26,969 bases of DNA from Candidatus Sumerlaeia bacterium (GCA_038208905.1 JBBQYG010000044.1:1-26969), one strand, 5' to 3'; shown: positions 16,333 to 25,793, counted from the stretch's first letter. The notes: generated from the letters alone by a model not told the origin. A program made the numbers and translations.

Positions 16333-17260
16333 TATGCCTGCGAACTTCCACCCTTGGCAACAGCGCCTCCACTTCGGCCCGCGTGCCGATATGCCCCTGG
16401 GGTGTGGCGCAGGTCGCCGCCGAAGCGGCGACGCCGAGGGCGAGGGATTCGGGGAAGCTCTTCTTCGCGGCGAGGCCGAATAAGAGTCCCGCCGCAAAGG
16501 AATCCCCCGCGCCCATGGTACCCTGCACCTCGATCCGGGGGGGCGTCGCGATCCAGCACTCGTTTTCCCACACCCCCACCACGATGTCGGCCCCATCGGT
16601 CACCACGGCGGAGCGGGCGCCGCGCGCCACCAGTTCCCGCGCGGCGGCGACGATCTCTTCCGTGGTGGAGAGCGTCGTATCCAGCGTGTGCTCCAGTTCT
16701 TGCCGGTTCGGCTTCGCGACCAGCGGATTCTCCGCCAGCGCCTCCAGCAGCGCTGGCCCTTCCGCGTCGATCAGCACCGGGCGGTTGCGCTGCGTTGCCA
16801 TCGCGGCAAGTGCCGCGTAAGTGTTGGGTGGGCTTCCGGGCGGAAGGCTCCCGCCGAGCGCCACCATGCGCGCCCGCTGGAGCTGTTGCTTGTAGAGAAG
16901 CCGGAAATGTTCCAGGTGCGACGCCTCCATCGGGGTCCCCGGCTGGTTCACCTTCAGCGACCTCGCCGAGGCCGGGTCGATGATCTGGATATTCGTCCGC
17001 ATCTCTCCCGGCATGTTGATATACACGATGCTGAACCCGGCCGACCGCGCCAGGCGCTGGAACTCCTGCACCGTGTCGCTTCCCACCACAGTCAATGCCA
17101 CCGTCGGCTCGCCCAGTTCGCGCAGCACCCGCGAGACGTTGATCCCCTTGCCGCCCACCGACTTGCGGACGGCTGTCGCGCGGTTCAGCTCGCCGGATTC
17201 CCACCCGGGAACCTCCAGGGTCAGGTCCATCGCCGGGTTGAGGGTAACGGTGATGATCAC
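16307..17260 (-). CDS. 1-phosphofructokinase-family (PfkB) hexose kinase
   Basis: GTG 17260 start IITVTLNPAMD, GGKGINVSRVL, GSLPPG, KPNRQEL, GTMGAGDSF. Confidence 0.92.
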   Translation of the reverse strand: MIITVTLNPAMDLTLEVPGWESGELNRATAVRKSVGGKGINVSRVLRELGEPTVALTVVGSDTVQEFQRLARSAGFSIVYINMPGEMRTNIQIIDPASARSLKVNQPGTPMEASHLEHFRLLYKQQLQRARMVALGGSLPPGSPPNTYAALAAMATQRNRPVLIDAEGPALLEALAENPLVAKPNRQELEHTLDTTLSTTEEIVAAARELVARGARSAVVTDGADIVVGVWENECWIATPPRIEVQGTMGAGDSFAAGLLFGLAAKKSFPESLALGVAASAATCATPQGHIGTRAEVEALLPRVEVRRHRKGMGNRE

Positions 17261-17270
17261 GTGTGGATGT

Positions 17271-18548
17271 CTATACAAAGCCCACGAGGCAGTACTTCTT
17301 CTTCCCCGCGCGCAGGATCAGCATCGTGTCGCTGGCCAGATGCCCCGCGGTCACCACGCGGTCGTCCTCCCCAACGGGAACATCGCTGTTGTTGAGATAG
17401 ACTCCGCCTTGGGAGAGAAGGCGCTTCGCCTCTTTCTTGCTCTCTGCCAGACCGGCTCGCGTCACAAGATCCACCATCGCCAGACCCGCGTCCAGATCGG
17501 CCCGCGGAATCTCCACCGACGGCACGTCCTGAAACAACCCGCGCAATTCCGCATCGGACTGTTTTTCCAGCCGCCCGCCAAAAAGCGCCTCCGACGCATC
17601 GCGCGCCTTGTCGGCCTCCGCCGCGCCGTGGACCATCGCCGTCACCGCGTGGGCGAGTGCGCGCTGGGCCACGCGCCTGGATGCGTCAGCCGCGTGCTCA
17701 ACCATCGTCGCCGCGATCTTCTCCAGCGGCAGCAGCGTCATCATCTTCAGGTAGGACTCCACCATGGAGTCCTCTCGCTGGATCCAGAACTGGTAGAATT
17801 CATAGGGACTGCGCCGCTCGCCGTTCAGCCAGATCGCGCCACCCGCGCTCTTGCCCATCTTGTTCCCGGCCGCGTCCACCAGCAGCGGCGTCGTCATGCC
17901 GAAGGCCTGCTTCCCCAGCGTCCGGCGGATCAACTCAATCCCCGCCGTGATGTTCCCCCACTGGTCGCTCCCGCCGCTTTGGAGCACGCATCCCTGCTTC
18001 TCGAATAGGTGCTTGAAATCGTAGGCTTGGAGCAGCATGTAGCTGAACTCCGTGAAGCTCATTCCCGACTCCGAATCCAGCCGCGTGCGGACGCTGTCCT
18101 TGGCCAGCATGTCGCCCATGCGGAAGTGCTTCCCCACGTCGCGCAGGAAGTCGATGAAGCCATAGCCCGCCAGCCAGTCCGCGTTGTTCAGCAGCAGCGC
18201 TGCATTCGCGCCGCCGAAGTCGAGAAACCGGCTCAAATCAGACTTGATCCCCGCCAAGTTGACCGCGAGCTGCTCCGGCGTCAGCAGGTTGCGCTCCGTG
18301 CTCTTCCCGCTCGGGTCGCCGATCATCCCCGTCCCGCCGCCCGCCAGCGCGATGGCCCGGTGCCCCGCCAACTGGAAATGCTTCAGCACCATGATGCCCA
18401 CCATGTTGCCGATGTGCAGCGAATCCGCCGTCGGGTCGAACCCCACATACACCGCGATCGGCCCGCGCCCCGCCAACTCCTCCAGCGCCGGGTCGGTCAC
18501 ATCGCGCAGGAGCCCGCGCTCCCTCAACGTCTGAATCACATTGCTCAT
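17271..18548 (-). CDS. tyrS: tyrosine--tRNA ligase
   Basis: YVGFDPTADSLHIGN, TGMIGDPSGKS, EFSYMLLQAYDF, QSGGSDQWGNI, KMGKS; C-terminal S4-like domain ending RAGKKKY. Confidence 0.97.
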   Translation of the reverse strand: MSNVIQTLRERGLLRDVTDPALEELAGRGPIAVYVGFDPTADSLHIGNMVGIMVLKHFQLAGHRAIALAGGGTGMIGDPSGKSTERNLLTPEQLAVNLAGIKSDLSRFLDFGGANAALLLNNADWLAGYGFIDFLRDVGKHFRMGDMLAKDSVRTRLDSESGMSFTEFSYMLLQAYDFKHLFEKQGCVLQSGGSDQWGNITAGIELIRRTLGKQAFGMTTPLLVDAAGNKMGKSAGGAIWLNGERRSPYEFYQFWIQREDSMVESYLKMMTLLPLEKIAATMVEHAADASRRVAQRALAHAVTAMVHGAAEADKARDASEALFGGRLEKQSDAELRGLFQDVPSVEIPRADLDAGLAMVDLVTRAGLAESKKEAKRLLSQGGVYLNNSDVPVGEDDRVVTAGHLASDTMLILRAGKKKYCLVGFV

Positions 18549-18656
18549 GGGGTGTCCCGATCAGCCTCCGCCGCAGTGGCCCTGCGGCTCGCGCCGCAAA
18601 GCGGGCGAATTCAAGGCCCGGGGGGGAAGTTGGGCAAGCGGGATGGTGGTGGGAAC

Positions 18657-18922
18657 CTAGCGGCCGATGAGTCGATCATCGTCGGCGTGGATCCCTATCC
18701 AGAACCAAACGATTTCTCCGGCATCGATCACTCCCAGTGCCCGGTAGCCTCGGAGACTCGCCCCGACCAAATGGGCCGCTCGCTTCGAACCTTTTTAAAG
18801 CGCAGGCTCGGATGCGAACTATTCCTAACCCACAGCCTGTACGCCTTTACCGCCTGACGGCGAACTTCCGGCTGAAGAGCGGCCAGCGCGATACGAAATG
18901 CTCGGGTGGTGTGCGACTTTAC
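18657..18922 (-). pseudogene. RelE/ParE/HigB-superfamily toxin pseudogene
   Basis: Reconstructed: (V)KSHTTRAFRIALAALQPEVRRQAVKAYRLWVRNSSHPSLRFKKVRSERPIWSGRVS/RGYRALGVIDAGEIVWFWIGIHADDDRLIGR*. Start codon reads GTA; 1-nt frameshift near 18752. Confidence 0.8.
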
Positions 18923-19139
18923 TTCAAGAGATCATCCAAGGGTTGAGTCTCTCCCCGCCTGTGCTCCGCAAGCGCCGCGTCGGCGAGGGCCAACAGCTCT
19001 GCCTGGGACGAGGCAAACTGGTTCTCCTACCGCTTCTCTGAATCAAGTTCTGCCATCCCCGGGCGGCGATGGCGTCCTGCTGGTCAGAGGGGATGGCCTG
19101 AAGTCGCTCGAATGCCTTGTGGAGCAGGCTGGTTCTCAT
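18919..19139 (-). pseudogene. cognate antitoxin pseudogene
   Basis: GAGG RBS then ATG 19139: MRTSLLHKAFERLQAIPSDQQDAIAAR/(frameshift ~19057)MAELDSEKR*ENQFASSQAELLALADAALAEHRRGETQPLDDLLK*. Internal TAG at 19027-19029; stop overlaps the toxin start position. Confidence 0.75.
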
Positions 19140-19354
19140 GGCAAGTGCCTCGGGCGGCGAGATGTGAAGAATTGTGCACAGGAGGCCTTGGCCATCCAGT
19201 GGAATCGACACGGGAGGCTGGCGGCCATTCAGCGCCGACCCGATGCCAGCCGCCAAGACCACCACAACCCCTTGCCTTCCACCCCCACACGCCTTCCACT
19301 GTCCGACCCTCTGGCGTCAGGCGCGCGGGGGGGAGCCCACCGGGGGAGTTGGCC

Positions 19355-21217
19355 TTGATCAGCAATCGTGTTCTCGCCGTTCTGGCGGCAGTTTTTCTCC
19401 TCGTCTCCGTGGGGCGGACGGTGTCCGCGGCGGAGATCGACGTTCCGATCATGAAGTCCTCCGAGTTGAAGCGGGGGATGAAGGGCTATGGGCTCTCGGT
19501 GTTCTCGGGCGTGGCCACGGAGCGGTTCGACGTAGAGGTGCGCGGCGTCATCAAGAACGCCTTTGCCGATGGCGACATGATCATCGTGGAAGCGACGCAC
19601 CCAATCATCACAGGCCACGGCGTGATCGCGGGGATGAGCGGCAGCCCGATCTTTATCGACGACAAACTGGTGGGCGCGCTGGCCTATGGGTGGGGCTTCT
19701 CCGTGCGCGGCATCTGTGGCGTGACCCCGATCGAGAACATGCTGGAGGTTTATGACCTGGTGTCGGAGGAGTCCAAGGTCTCCCCCGACGAGTACCCCGC
19801 GAATTTCTCCCAATGGCCGGAGGCGCGCGCGGCGTTTGCGGCAAACCTGCCGGATCGCATGCGCCCGGTGACGGTGGCCCCGGCGGAGCTGGCGGCGATG
19901 GGACTGGATGCCAGCGACGGCGCCACGTTCGAGCCGCTCGCCTCGCCGATTCTCGCGGGAACGCGCAGCCCCCACGTGATGCGCGCGCTTTCTCAGATGC
20001 TGGCGGGGACGCCGTATCAACCCGTCATGGCGGGTGGATCGATGGGCTCCGGCGAGAACCCCGCCTATGCCGACGCCAAGCCGGAGAACGGCAGCGCGTT
20101 CAGCGTGAACCTGTGCGAGGGCGACCTGAACATGGCCTCGCTGGGCACCGCGACCTATGTGGGCGCGGACCGCTTGGTGGGCTTTGGCCATCCGATGTTT
20201 GGCGCGGGAGCGGTGGATATGCCGATGTCCCTGTCGGAGGTCATCGCCGTGGTGCCGTCGCTCTCTCGCCCGTTCAAGATGGGCAACGCGGTCAAGTCAA
20301 TCGGCGCGCTGCGCCAGGATCGGCTCCCCGCCGTGGGCGGCACGTTCAAGGCGCGGGCGCGCATGATCCCCCTCACTATTTCTGTCAAGGCCGCGGAAAC
20401 GGAAACCGACCGCACGTTCAACTTCCGCCTGTGGGACAATCGCGACTATCTGCCGATGCTGCTGATGAGCTGCTATCTGGAGTCAATGGATCGCGCCGCG
20501 CGCCTGGATGGGGCGATGAACCTTCGCTACGATCTCTCGATCTCATTGCAGGACGGGCGCGTGCTCAAGAACGGCGACTTTATTTCCGACGCCGGCTTCG
20601 CGAGCTTTTTTGGCGGCATGACGATGGCGGGAGAGATTCAGGCCCTCAGCGGCAATCGCTTCAAGGCCATCGCGATCGAGCGCCTGGACCTCTCCATTGC
20701 CGTGGGCCAGGAGCAGAAGCTGCTCGTGCTCAACCGCGTGGTGAAGAACAAGACGACGCTTAAGCCCGGAGAGACATTCCGCGGCGAACTGGAGTTCCTT
20801 CGTTGGCGCAAGGAGCCGGAACTCATCCCCTTCGCCGTGGAGCTCCCCCGCGATCTGCGCCCCGGGAAGTACGAGATCACCGTAGTGGACGGGCCGGGCC
20901 GCCTCGCAGCCGAGCGCAGGCTTCGGCCCGAGCTCGGGCGCGTGGAATCCTTCGACGAACTGGTCCGCTCGCTCGAACCCAAGTTTCCATCGGACTACTT
21001 GTATATCCTCCTCCAGGCGCCACGCGACCACATGGTGATCGATGGCTACAAGATCCCCGACATGCCCGCCAGCGTTGCTGGCGCCACCCGCGCATCGGCT
21101 CGCCAGGCCACGCAGCTCGGCGCGACAAAGGGGACGCTGTTTTCCGAAACCCGCCGCCAGTTTCCCGCCATGGTCGCCGGCGGCGCCGTGATCGCCATCG
21201 ATGTCGTGGAACCCTGA
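19355..21217 (+). CDS. secreted SpoIVB-like peptidase S55 domain protein
   Basis: GGGGAG then TTG 19355; signal peptide ...VFLLVSVGRTVSA; GMKGYGLSVFSG, GVIAGMSGSPIFIDDKLVGALAYG, GTATYVGADRLVGFGHPMF. Confidence 0.88.
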   Translation: MISNRVLAVLAAVFLLVSVGRTVSAAEIDVPIMKSSELKRGMKGYGLSVFSGVATERFDVEVRGVIKNAFADGDMIIVEATHPIITGHGVIAGMSGSPIFIDDKLVGALAYGWGFSVRGICGVTPIENMLEVYDLVSEESKVSPDEYPANFSQWPEARAAFAANLPDRMRPVTVAPAELAAMGLDASDGATFEPLASPILAGTRSPHVMRALSQMLAGTPYQPVMAGGSMGSGENPAYADAKPENGSAFSVNLCEGDLNMASLGTATYVGADRLVGFGHPMFGAGAVDMPMSLSEVIAVVPSLSRPFKMGNAVKSIGALRQDRLPAVGGTFKARARMIPLTISVKAAETETDRTFNFRLWDNRDYLPMLLMSCYLESMDRAARLDGAMNLRYDLSISLQDGRVLKNGDFISDAGFASFFGGMTMAGEIQALSGNRFKAIAIERLDLSIAVGQEQKLLVLNRVVKNKTTLKPGETFRGELEFLRWRKEPELIPFAVELPRDLRPGKYEITVVDGPGRLAAERRLRPELGRVESFDELVRSLEPKFPSDYLYILLQAPRDHMVIDGYKIPDMPASVAGATRASARQATQLGATKGTLFSETRRQFPAMVAGGAVIAIDVVEP

Positions 21218-21226
21218 TCTGTATAG

Positions 21227-23353
21227 ATGCATAGACGCACCGCGCCGAAACAAAACCTCCACAGGAACTGCCACTTGAATCGCCACTACCCGCTCATCGC
21301 GCTCTTTGCCATCCTGATGGGGGTGTTTGCCTCCGACGTCCGCGCCGTCCAGACGGAGGTCTTCCTCGACGATACCGTCGCCGACTTCGCGGGCGGCGAC
21401 CTGACCACCGCAACGCTCACATCCAAGGGCATCCTGCGCCCGCCATTCCGCCGCGAGCTGCTGGCCCAGCCCGACGCCGCCATCGTGTGGAACATCGCCG
21501 AGCACGGCGACGCGCGCTACATTGCCACCGGCCACGAGGGGCGGCTGTTTCGCCAGTCGGGGAGCGGCGAGCCCACGCTCGTCCACAAGTTCAAGGAGTC
21601 CTCGCTCTACGCGATTCTCTCCGACGAGCAGGCGGGCCTCCTCGTCGGCGCCAGTCCCGGCGGAAAGGTCTATCGCATCGAGGACGGCAAGGAACCCGCA
21701 GTTTTCGCATCCACCGGCGCCGCCGTGGTCTGGGATCTCGTGCGTCAGGGAGATGCAATCTACGCGGCGACTGGCTCCAAGCCCCAGATTGTCCGCATCG
21801 CCGACGATGGCACCACGGCGACGCTGGGCAAGATGCCCGAGGTGCTCAACATTCTCGATCTCGCGCCGATTCCGAACTCCGGCGATCTGCTCGCCACGAC
21901 TCAGGGGCCGGGCTATCTGCTGCGCGTCACCCCGGAGGGAAAGGTCACCGTCCTGGTCGATCCCGAGCAGGAGGAAGTGCGCCGCGTCGCAGTGCTCCCC
22001 GATGGCTCCTTCGTGGCCGCAGTCAACGGCGTGCGCTCGCCCGGCGACAAGGCGCTTGAGCGCGCCCCCGCCGCCGAGGTCCAGAAGGCGGGTCCCAAGC
22101 CCAAACCCGAGAGCTTCATCGTCCGCGTCTATCCAGACGGCATGACGCGCGAGTGGTGGACCTCGATGGAGTCTCCGATTCACGATCTCTTCGCCCGTCC
22201 CGATGGATCCATCATCGTCGCCGCCGGGCTGTCGGGAAATCTGATCCTCGTGACGCCCGAGGGTGATGCCGACCTTGCCGGCGTCTCCGACGACGACGTG
22301 CTGGCGCGGCTCGCTCCCGCCGCGAACGGTGGGTTTCTTCTGGGCACCGGTTCCGCCGCGGCGGTGCTATCGTTCGACAGTGCCGGCCTGCAGAAGGGCA
22401 TCTTCGAATCTCGCGTCCACGACGCCAAGGGAACTGTCCGCTGGGGGCGCATTCGCGCGCGTCTCGACGCGGCTGACGGCGCCATCACCATCGCCACGCG
22501 CAGCGGCAACACCGCCAAGCCCGACGACACATGGCACGATTGGACGACGCCCACCGATTTCAATTCCGGGGAGTTCGTCGCGGCGAGCCCCGCCGCGCGA
22601 TTCTTCCAGTATCGCCTCGAGTTGTCGCTCGCCGATTCGCTCCGCGCCGCGACGCCCGAGGTTGACTTTGTCCGCGTCTTCTACACCCGCCCCAACGAGG
22701 CCCCCGGGCTCACCAACCTCGTGGTTGGCGCGCCAAAGCAGAAGCCACCCGGTCCCCCCGGTCCGCCGCCCATCGTGGCGAAGATCGAGCCGTTTCCCCA
22801 CTCCAACCCCGGCGCCCTGGAAGCGACATGGGTTCCACAGGACCAGAACAACGACACTCTTCTGTTCGATGTCCATCTTCAAGAGGCGGGGGAGAAGGAG
22901 TGGACTCGCCTCGAGAAGGAGATCACAGATCCGCGCCTCGTTTTCGACACCACCCAGATCCCCGACGGCGAGTATCGCTTGCGCGTGGTGGCAAGCGACC
23001 TTTCCTCCAACACTCCGGCTGAGGCGCTCAAGGCCGAGGCCACCAGCGGGCTCTTCCTCGTGGACAATTCGGCCCCCGCGCTGATTCTCCTCTCCAGCGT
23101 GCGCGATTCAGATGAGCAGGTCACCGTCCGCTTCCGCGCCGAGGACGCTGCCAGCGTCGTCGCCGGCGCCGCTTGGCGCGCGGGTTTTGGCGATTTTATT
23201 CGCGTCTTTCCCGAGGACTCGTCCAGCGACCAGTTCTCCGAGACGTTCACTTTCGTCGTGAAGGGCGAGGATGCCCGCCGCGGCGGATTCGTCACCGTCG
23301 CCGCCACGGACGAGGCTGGAAACACCACGTTGATGAAGGTCGCCCTTGACTGA
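21227..23353 (+). CDS. secreted beta-propeller plus FnIII/Ig-like domain protein
   Basis: Signal peptide ending DVRA; repeated blades (YIATGHEGRLF, LLVGASPGGKVY, IYAATGSKPQIV, LLATTQGPGYLL); TRSGNTAKPDDTWHDW; C-terminal PDGEYRLRVVASD and ATDEAGN; 9 nt after the S55 stop. Confidence 0.8.
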   Translation: MHRRTAPKQNLHRNCHLNRHYPLIALFAILMGVFASDVRAVQTEVFLDDTVADFAGGDLTTATLTSKGILRPPFRRELLAQPDAAIVWNIAEHGDARYIATGHEGRLFRQSGSGEPTLVHKFKESSLYAILSDEQAGLLVGASPGGKVYRIEDGKEPAVFASTGAAVVWDLVRQGDAIYAATGSKPQIVRIADDGTTATLGKMPEVLNILDLAPIPNSGDLLATTQGPGYLLRVTPEGKVTVLVDPEQEEVRRVAVLPDGSFVAAVNGVRSPGDKALERAPAAEVQKAGPKPKPESFIVRVYPDGMTREWWTSMESPIHDLFARPDGSIIVAAGLSGNLILVTPEGDADLAGVSDDDVLARLAPAANGGFLLGTGSAAAVLSFDSAGLQKGIFESRVHDAKGTVRWGRIRARLDAADGAITIATRSGNTAKPDDTWHDWTTPTDFNSGEFVAASPAARFFQYRLELSLADSLRAATPEVDFVRVFYTRPNEAPGLTNLVVGAPKQKPPGPPGPPPIVAKIEPFPHSNPGALEATWVPQDQNNDTLLFDVHLQEAGEKEWTRLEKEITDPRLVFDTTQIPDGEYRLRVVASDLSSNTPAEALKAEATSGLFLVDNSAPALILLSSVRDSDEQVTVRFRAEDAASVVAGAAWRAGFGDFIRVFPEDSSSDQFSETFTFVVKGEDARRGGFVTVAATDEAGNTTLMKVALD

Positions 23354-24806
23354 GAAACGCCAAACAACCCTTCGCGAGCGCCTCGCTCGCGCCGACCCGA
23401 GCCTCACGATTCCGGCCTCCGTCGCTGTTGCTGAGATGGAACCCGGTGTGCGCGTGTCACAAGTCGCGGCTGATTCGCTCGCGGAGCGGGCGGGCATTGT
23501 AGTCGGCGAGACCCTGGTCGAGATCAACGGCCGCGGCGTTCGCGACACGGTGGACCTCTACTTTCACGGCGCCGACGAAGATCTTGTGGTCGCGATGAAG
23601 AACGCGGCAGGCGTGACCCGCAAAGTTCGCATCGCCAAGGAATCGCCGGAGGACTCCCTTGGCATCGAAGTCGAGCAGTTCACCACCCAGAACTGTGGCT
23701 GCAACTGCGTCTTCTGCTTCGTCCACCAGTTGCCCGACAATATGCGCAAGTCGCTCTACGTGAAGGACGAGGATTATCGCCTTAGCTTCATGCAGGGCTC
23801 CTACATAACCGGGACGAATCTGAAGGACTCGGACCTGGAGCGCATCGCCGAGCAGCGCCTGACCCCGCTGTATATATCCGTCCACGCGGTGGACGAGGAA
23901 ATCCGCCGATTCCTCCTGGGCCTCAAGCGCGCCCGCCCCATCCGCGAGGTGCTCGCCTTCTTCAAGCGCCACCGCATCCAGATGCACTCCCAGATCGTGC
24001 TCTGCCCGGAGATCAACGACGGCGCCGTGCTTCAGGAGACACTCGATACTCTCGTCTCCTACCATCCCACTGTCCAGAGCATCGCCATCGTGCCGATGGG
24101 CCTGACCAAATGGCGCGATGGGCTCCCCGACCTCAAGCCCGTGACGCCCGCCTATGCGCGCAAGTTTCTGAAGGATCTGAAGCCGCGCCTTCGCGCGCTG
24201 GAGGAGAAATTCGGCGAGCCGATCGCGCTCCTCGCCGACGAGTGGTACCTAATCGCCGGCCTGCGCCCGCCCAGCTATTCCAAGTATCCCGATCTGCCAC
24301 AGCTCGAAAACGGCGTCGGCATGGTCTATCACTTCTACAAGGACTTCGCCGAGGCGCGCCGCGCGCTTCCCCCCCGCCTCGACCGCAAGTGGCGCGTCGC
24401 CGCTATCACCTCGACACTCAGTCCTCCGGTCCTTCGCCGCATCATCGAACTATGCCAGACCTGCGAGGGCCTTACCATCGACGTATTGCCGACAACCAAC
24501 ACCGTCTTCGGCGAAACGATCCACGTGACGGGCCTTCTCTGTGGGTCCGACATCGGCAAGACGATCAAGCACAACCCGTTCTATGACCAATACCTGCTGC
24601 CGGGAAACTGCCTGCGCAAGTACGACCAGCGCTTTCTCGACGACATGACCCTCGACCAGATGCGCGCCGAAACCGGCAAGCTGATCACGCCCGTCCTGGG
24701 CGGCGCGCTCGACTTCGCCGTGACGATCCTGGAGCACGCCGTCGGACTCGCCCACCACCCCGTCGGCAATCATCCGTTCCTGCAGAAGCACTGGAGTAAC
24801 AGCTGA
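23346..24806 (+). CDS. PDZ + radical-SAM-like Fe-S + DUF512 protein
   Basis: PDZ-like SLAERAGIVVGETLVEING; CxxxCxxC (CGCNCVFC) followed by FVHQLP, SLYVKDEDYRLSF, QLENGVG, IHVTGLL, FLDD. Start TTG 23346 (overlap) or ATG 23436. Confidence 0.88.
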   Translation: MTEKRQTTLRERLARADPSLTIPASVAVAEMEPGVRVSQVAADSLAERAGIVVGETLVEINGRGVRDTVDLYFHGADEDLVVAMKNAAGVTRKVRIAKESPEDSLGIEVEQFTTQNCGCNCVFCFVHQLPDNMRKSLYVKDEDYRLSFMQGSYITGTNLKDSDLERIAEQRLTPLYISVHAVDEEIRRFLLGLKRARPIREVLAFFKRHRIQMHSQIVLCPEINDGAVLQETLDTLVSYHPTVQSIAIVPMGLTKWRDGLPDLKPVTPAYARKFLKDLKPRLRALEEKFGEPIALLADEWYLIAGLRPPSYSKYPDLPQLENGVGMVYHFYKDFAEARRALPPRLDRKWRVAAITSTLSPPVLRRIIELCQTCEGLTIDVLPTTNTVFGETIHVTGLLCGSDIGKTIKHNPFYDQYLLPGNCLRKYDQRFLDDMTLDQMRAETGKLITPVLGGALDFAVTILEHAVGLAHHPVGNHPFLQKHWSNS

Positions 24807-24807
24807 A

Positions 24808-24920
24808 AGAAGGGAATGGGGAATAGGGAATGGGGAAAAAGCGGAGCCGCTGATTTTTCAAGCTGCCGGAAACGACCGTCCGAGCGGCGAATGCCATTCC
24901 CCGTTCCCGATTCCCCTTCC
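24808..24920. repeat. heptamer-armed inverted repeat (~113 bp), possible bidirectional terminator
   Basis: Left arm agggaat-ggggaat-agggaat-ggggaaa (24811-24838); right arm attcccc-gttcccg-attcccc (24896-24916); inner stem gccgct/agcggc; fills the gap between convergent genes. Confidence 0.75.
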
Positions 24921-25793
24921 TTACCCCCGGCTTGAATCCGAGGTAATATCCTCGTTGCGAAAGAGCAGGCGCTGCAACGCCTCGCGGGTCTCGCGGGTCA
25001 GTTGCGTGAACTGGATGCCGATGGTACAGGTCTCGCCGCGGCGGACGTTGTCCAAGCGCATCCACACGAGCTTGCCGTTCAGCGTGAGTGGCTGGCTCTC
25101 GTCGGGGATGGTGAGCTTGAGTTCCGCCAAGCGCTGAAACTTCAGCATTTTCGAGAACAGCGCCCGGCTCAGCGCATCGGTCGTCAGGCTCATTCCGTCA
25201 AGGCTCAGGTCCTGGGTCGTGGCGCTAAAATGGAGCGGTGTCTTGGTCTCGTCGGGGAGGCAGATCGTCGCGCGCACGTCCACCGCGCGGACAACGCGCA
25301 TCGGGCGCGGGATACTGCTGCGCTTTCCGATGGAAACCGGAGGCACGGGCCCCATTTGGGCCACTTCCTGATCGTCCCGCAGATAGAAACCGAAAATCAT
25401 GTCGCCAATTCCGATCTGGTCCTGATGCTGGAGATCCAAGGTGTCCAGCACCCGGACGCGGTTCACATAAACTCCGTTGCGACTCCCCAGATCGCGAATC
25501 GAGCAGCGCGGCCTATCGAACGGCGTCGAGCAGTTGTCCCACCGGAGAACGGCGTGGACGCGCGAGACGGAGGGATTGTCCAGTACCACGTCGCAGTTCG
25601 CGTCGCGGCCAAGCGTGGTCTCGGGGCCTATCAACGTGCGGACGAATCGCTCCGGCCCGCCGTCGATCAGGGTGATGCTCGGCATGATGCGTCGGCGGGC
25701 AGCGGGCTGCGAGCCTCCCCCAAGGTGGTATGGGAGCGTGGTCGAGTAGGCCTTTTCCTGCGCCCGCACCTTTCTCCGCTGCTCGTCGTCCAT
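24921..25793 (-). CDS. FHA domain + PilZ-like domain protein
   Basis: FHA motifs LGRD, SVSRVHA, DLGSRNGVYVN; PilZ-type DLSLDG, GKLVWMR, IGIQF. Start chosen at ATG 25793 after AAAGGGG. Confidence 0.85.
   Translation of the reverse strand: MDDEQRRKVRAQEKAYSTTLPYHLGGGSQPAARRRIMPSITLIDGGPERFVRTLIGPETTLGRDANCDVVLDNPSVSRVHAVLRWDNCSTPFDRPRCSIRDLGSRNGVYVNRVRVLDTLDLQHQDQIGIGDMIFGFYLRDDQEVAQMGPVPPVSIGKRSSIPRPMRVVRAVDVRATICLPDETKTPLHFSATTQDLSLDGMSLTTDALSRALFSKMLKFQRLAELKLTIPDESQPLTLNGKLVWMRLDNVRRGETCTIGIQFTQLTRETREALQRLLFRNEDITSDSSRG

Noticed and set aside
18549..18656. T-box riboswitch upstream of tyrS
   Set aside because: The leader is short and has no T-box consensus or terminator; only a 7-bp hairpin (18570-18588) is present.
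18924..19265. 113-aa minus-strand ORF as an intact gene
   Set aside because: It is the antitoxin 5' half read through a frameshift; the family-like sequence continues in another frame.
19355..21217. Evidence of sporulation (spoIVB)
   Set aside because: Different architecture (no PDZ, swapped motif order) and no other spo genes in the window.
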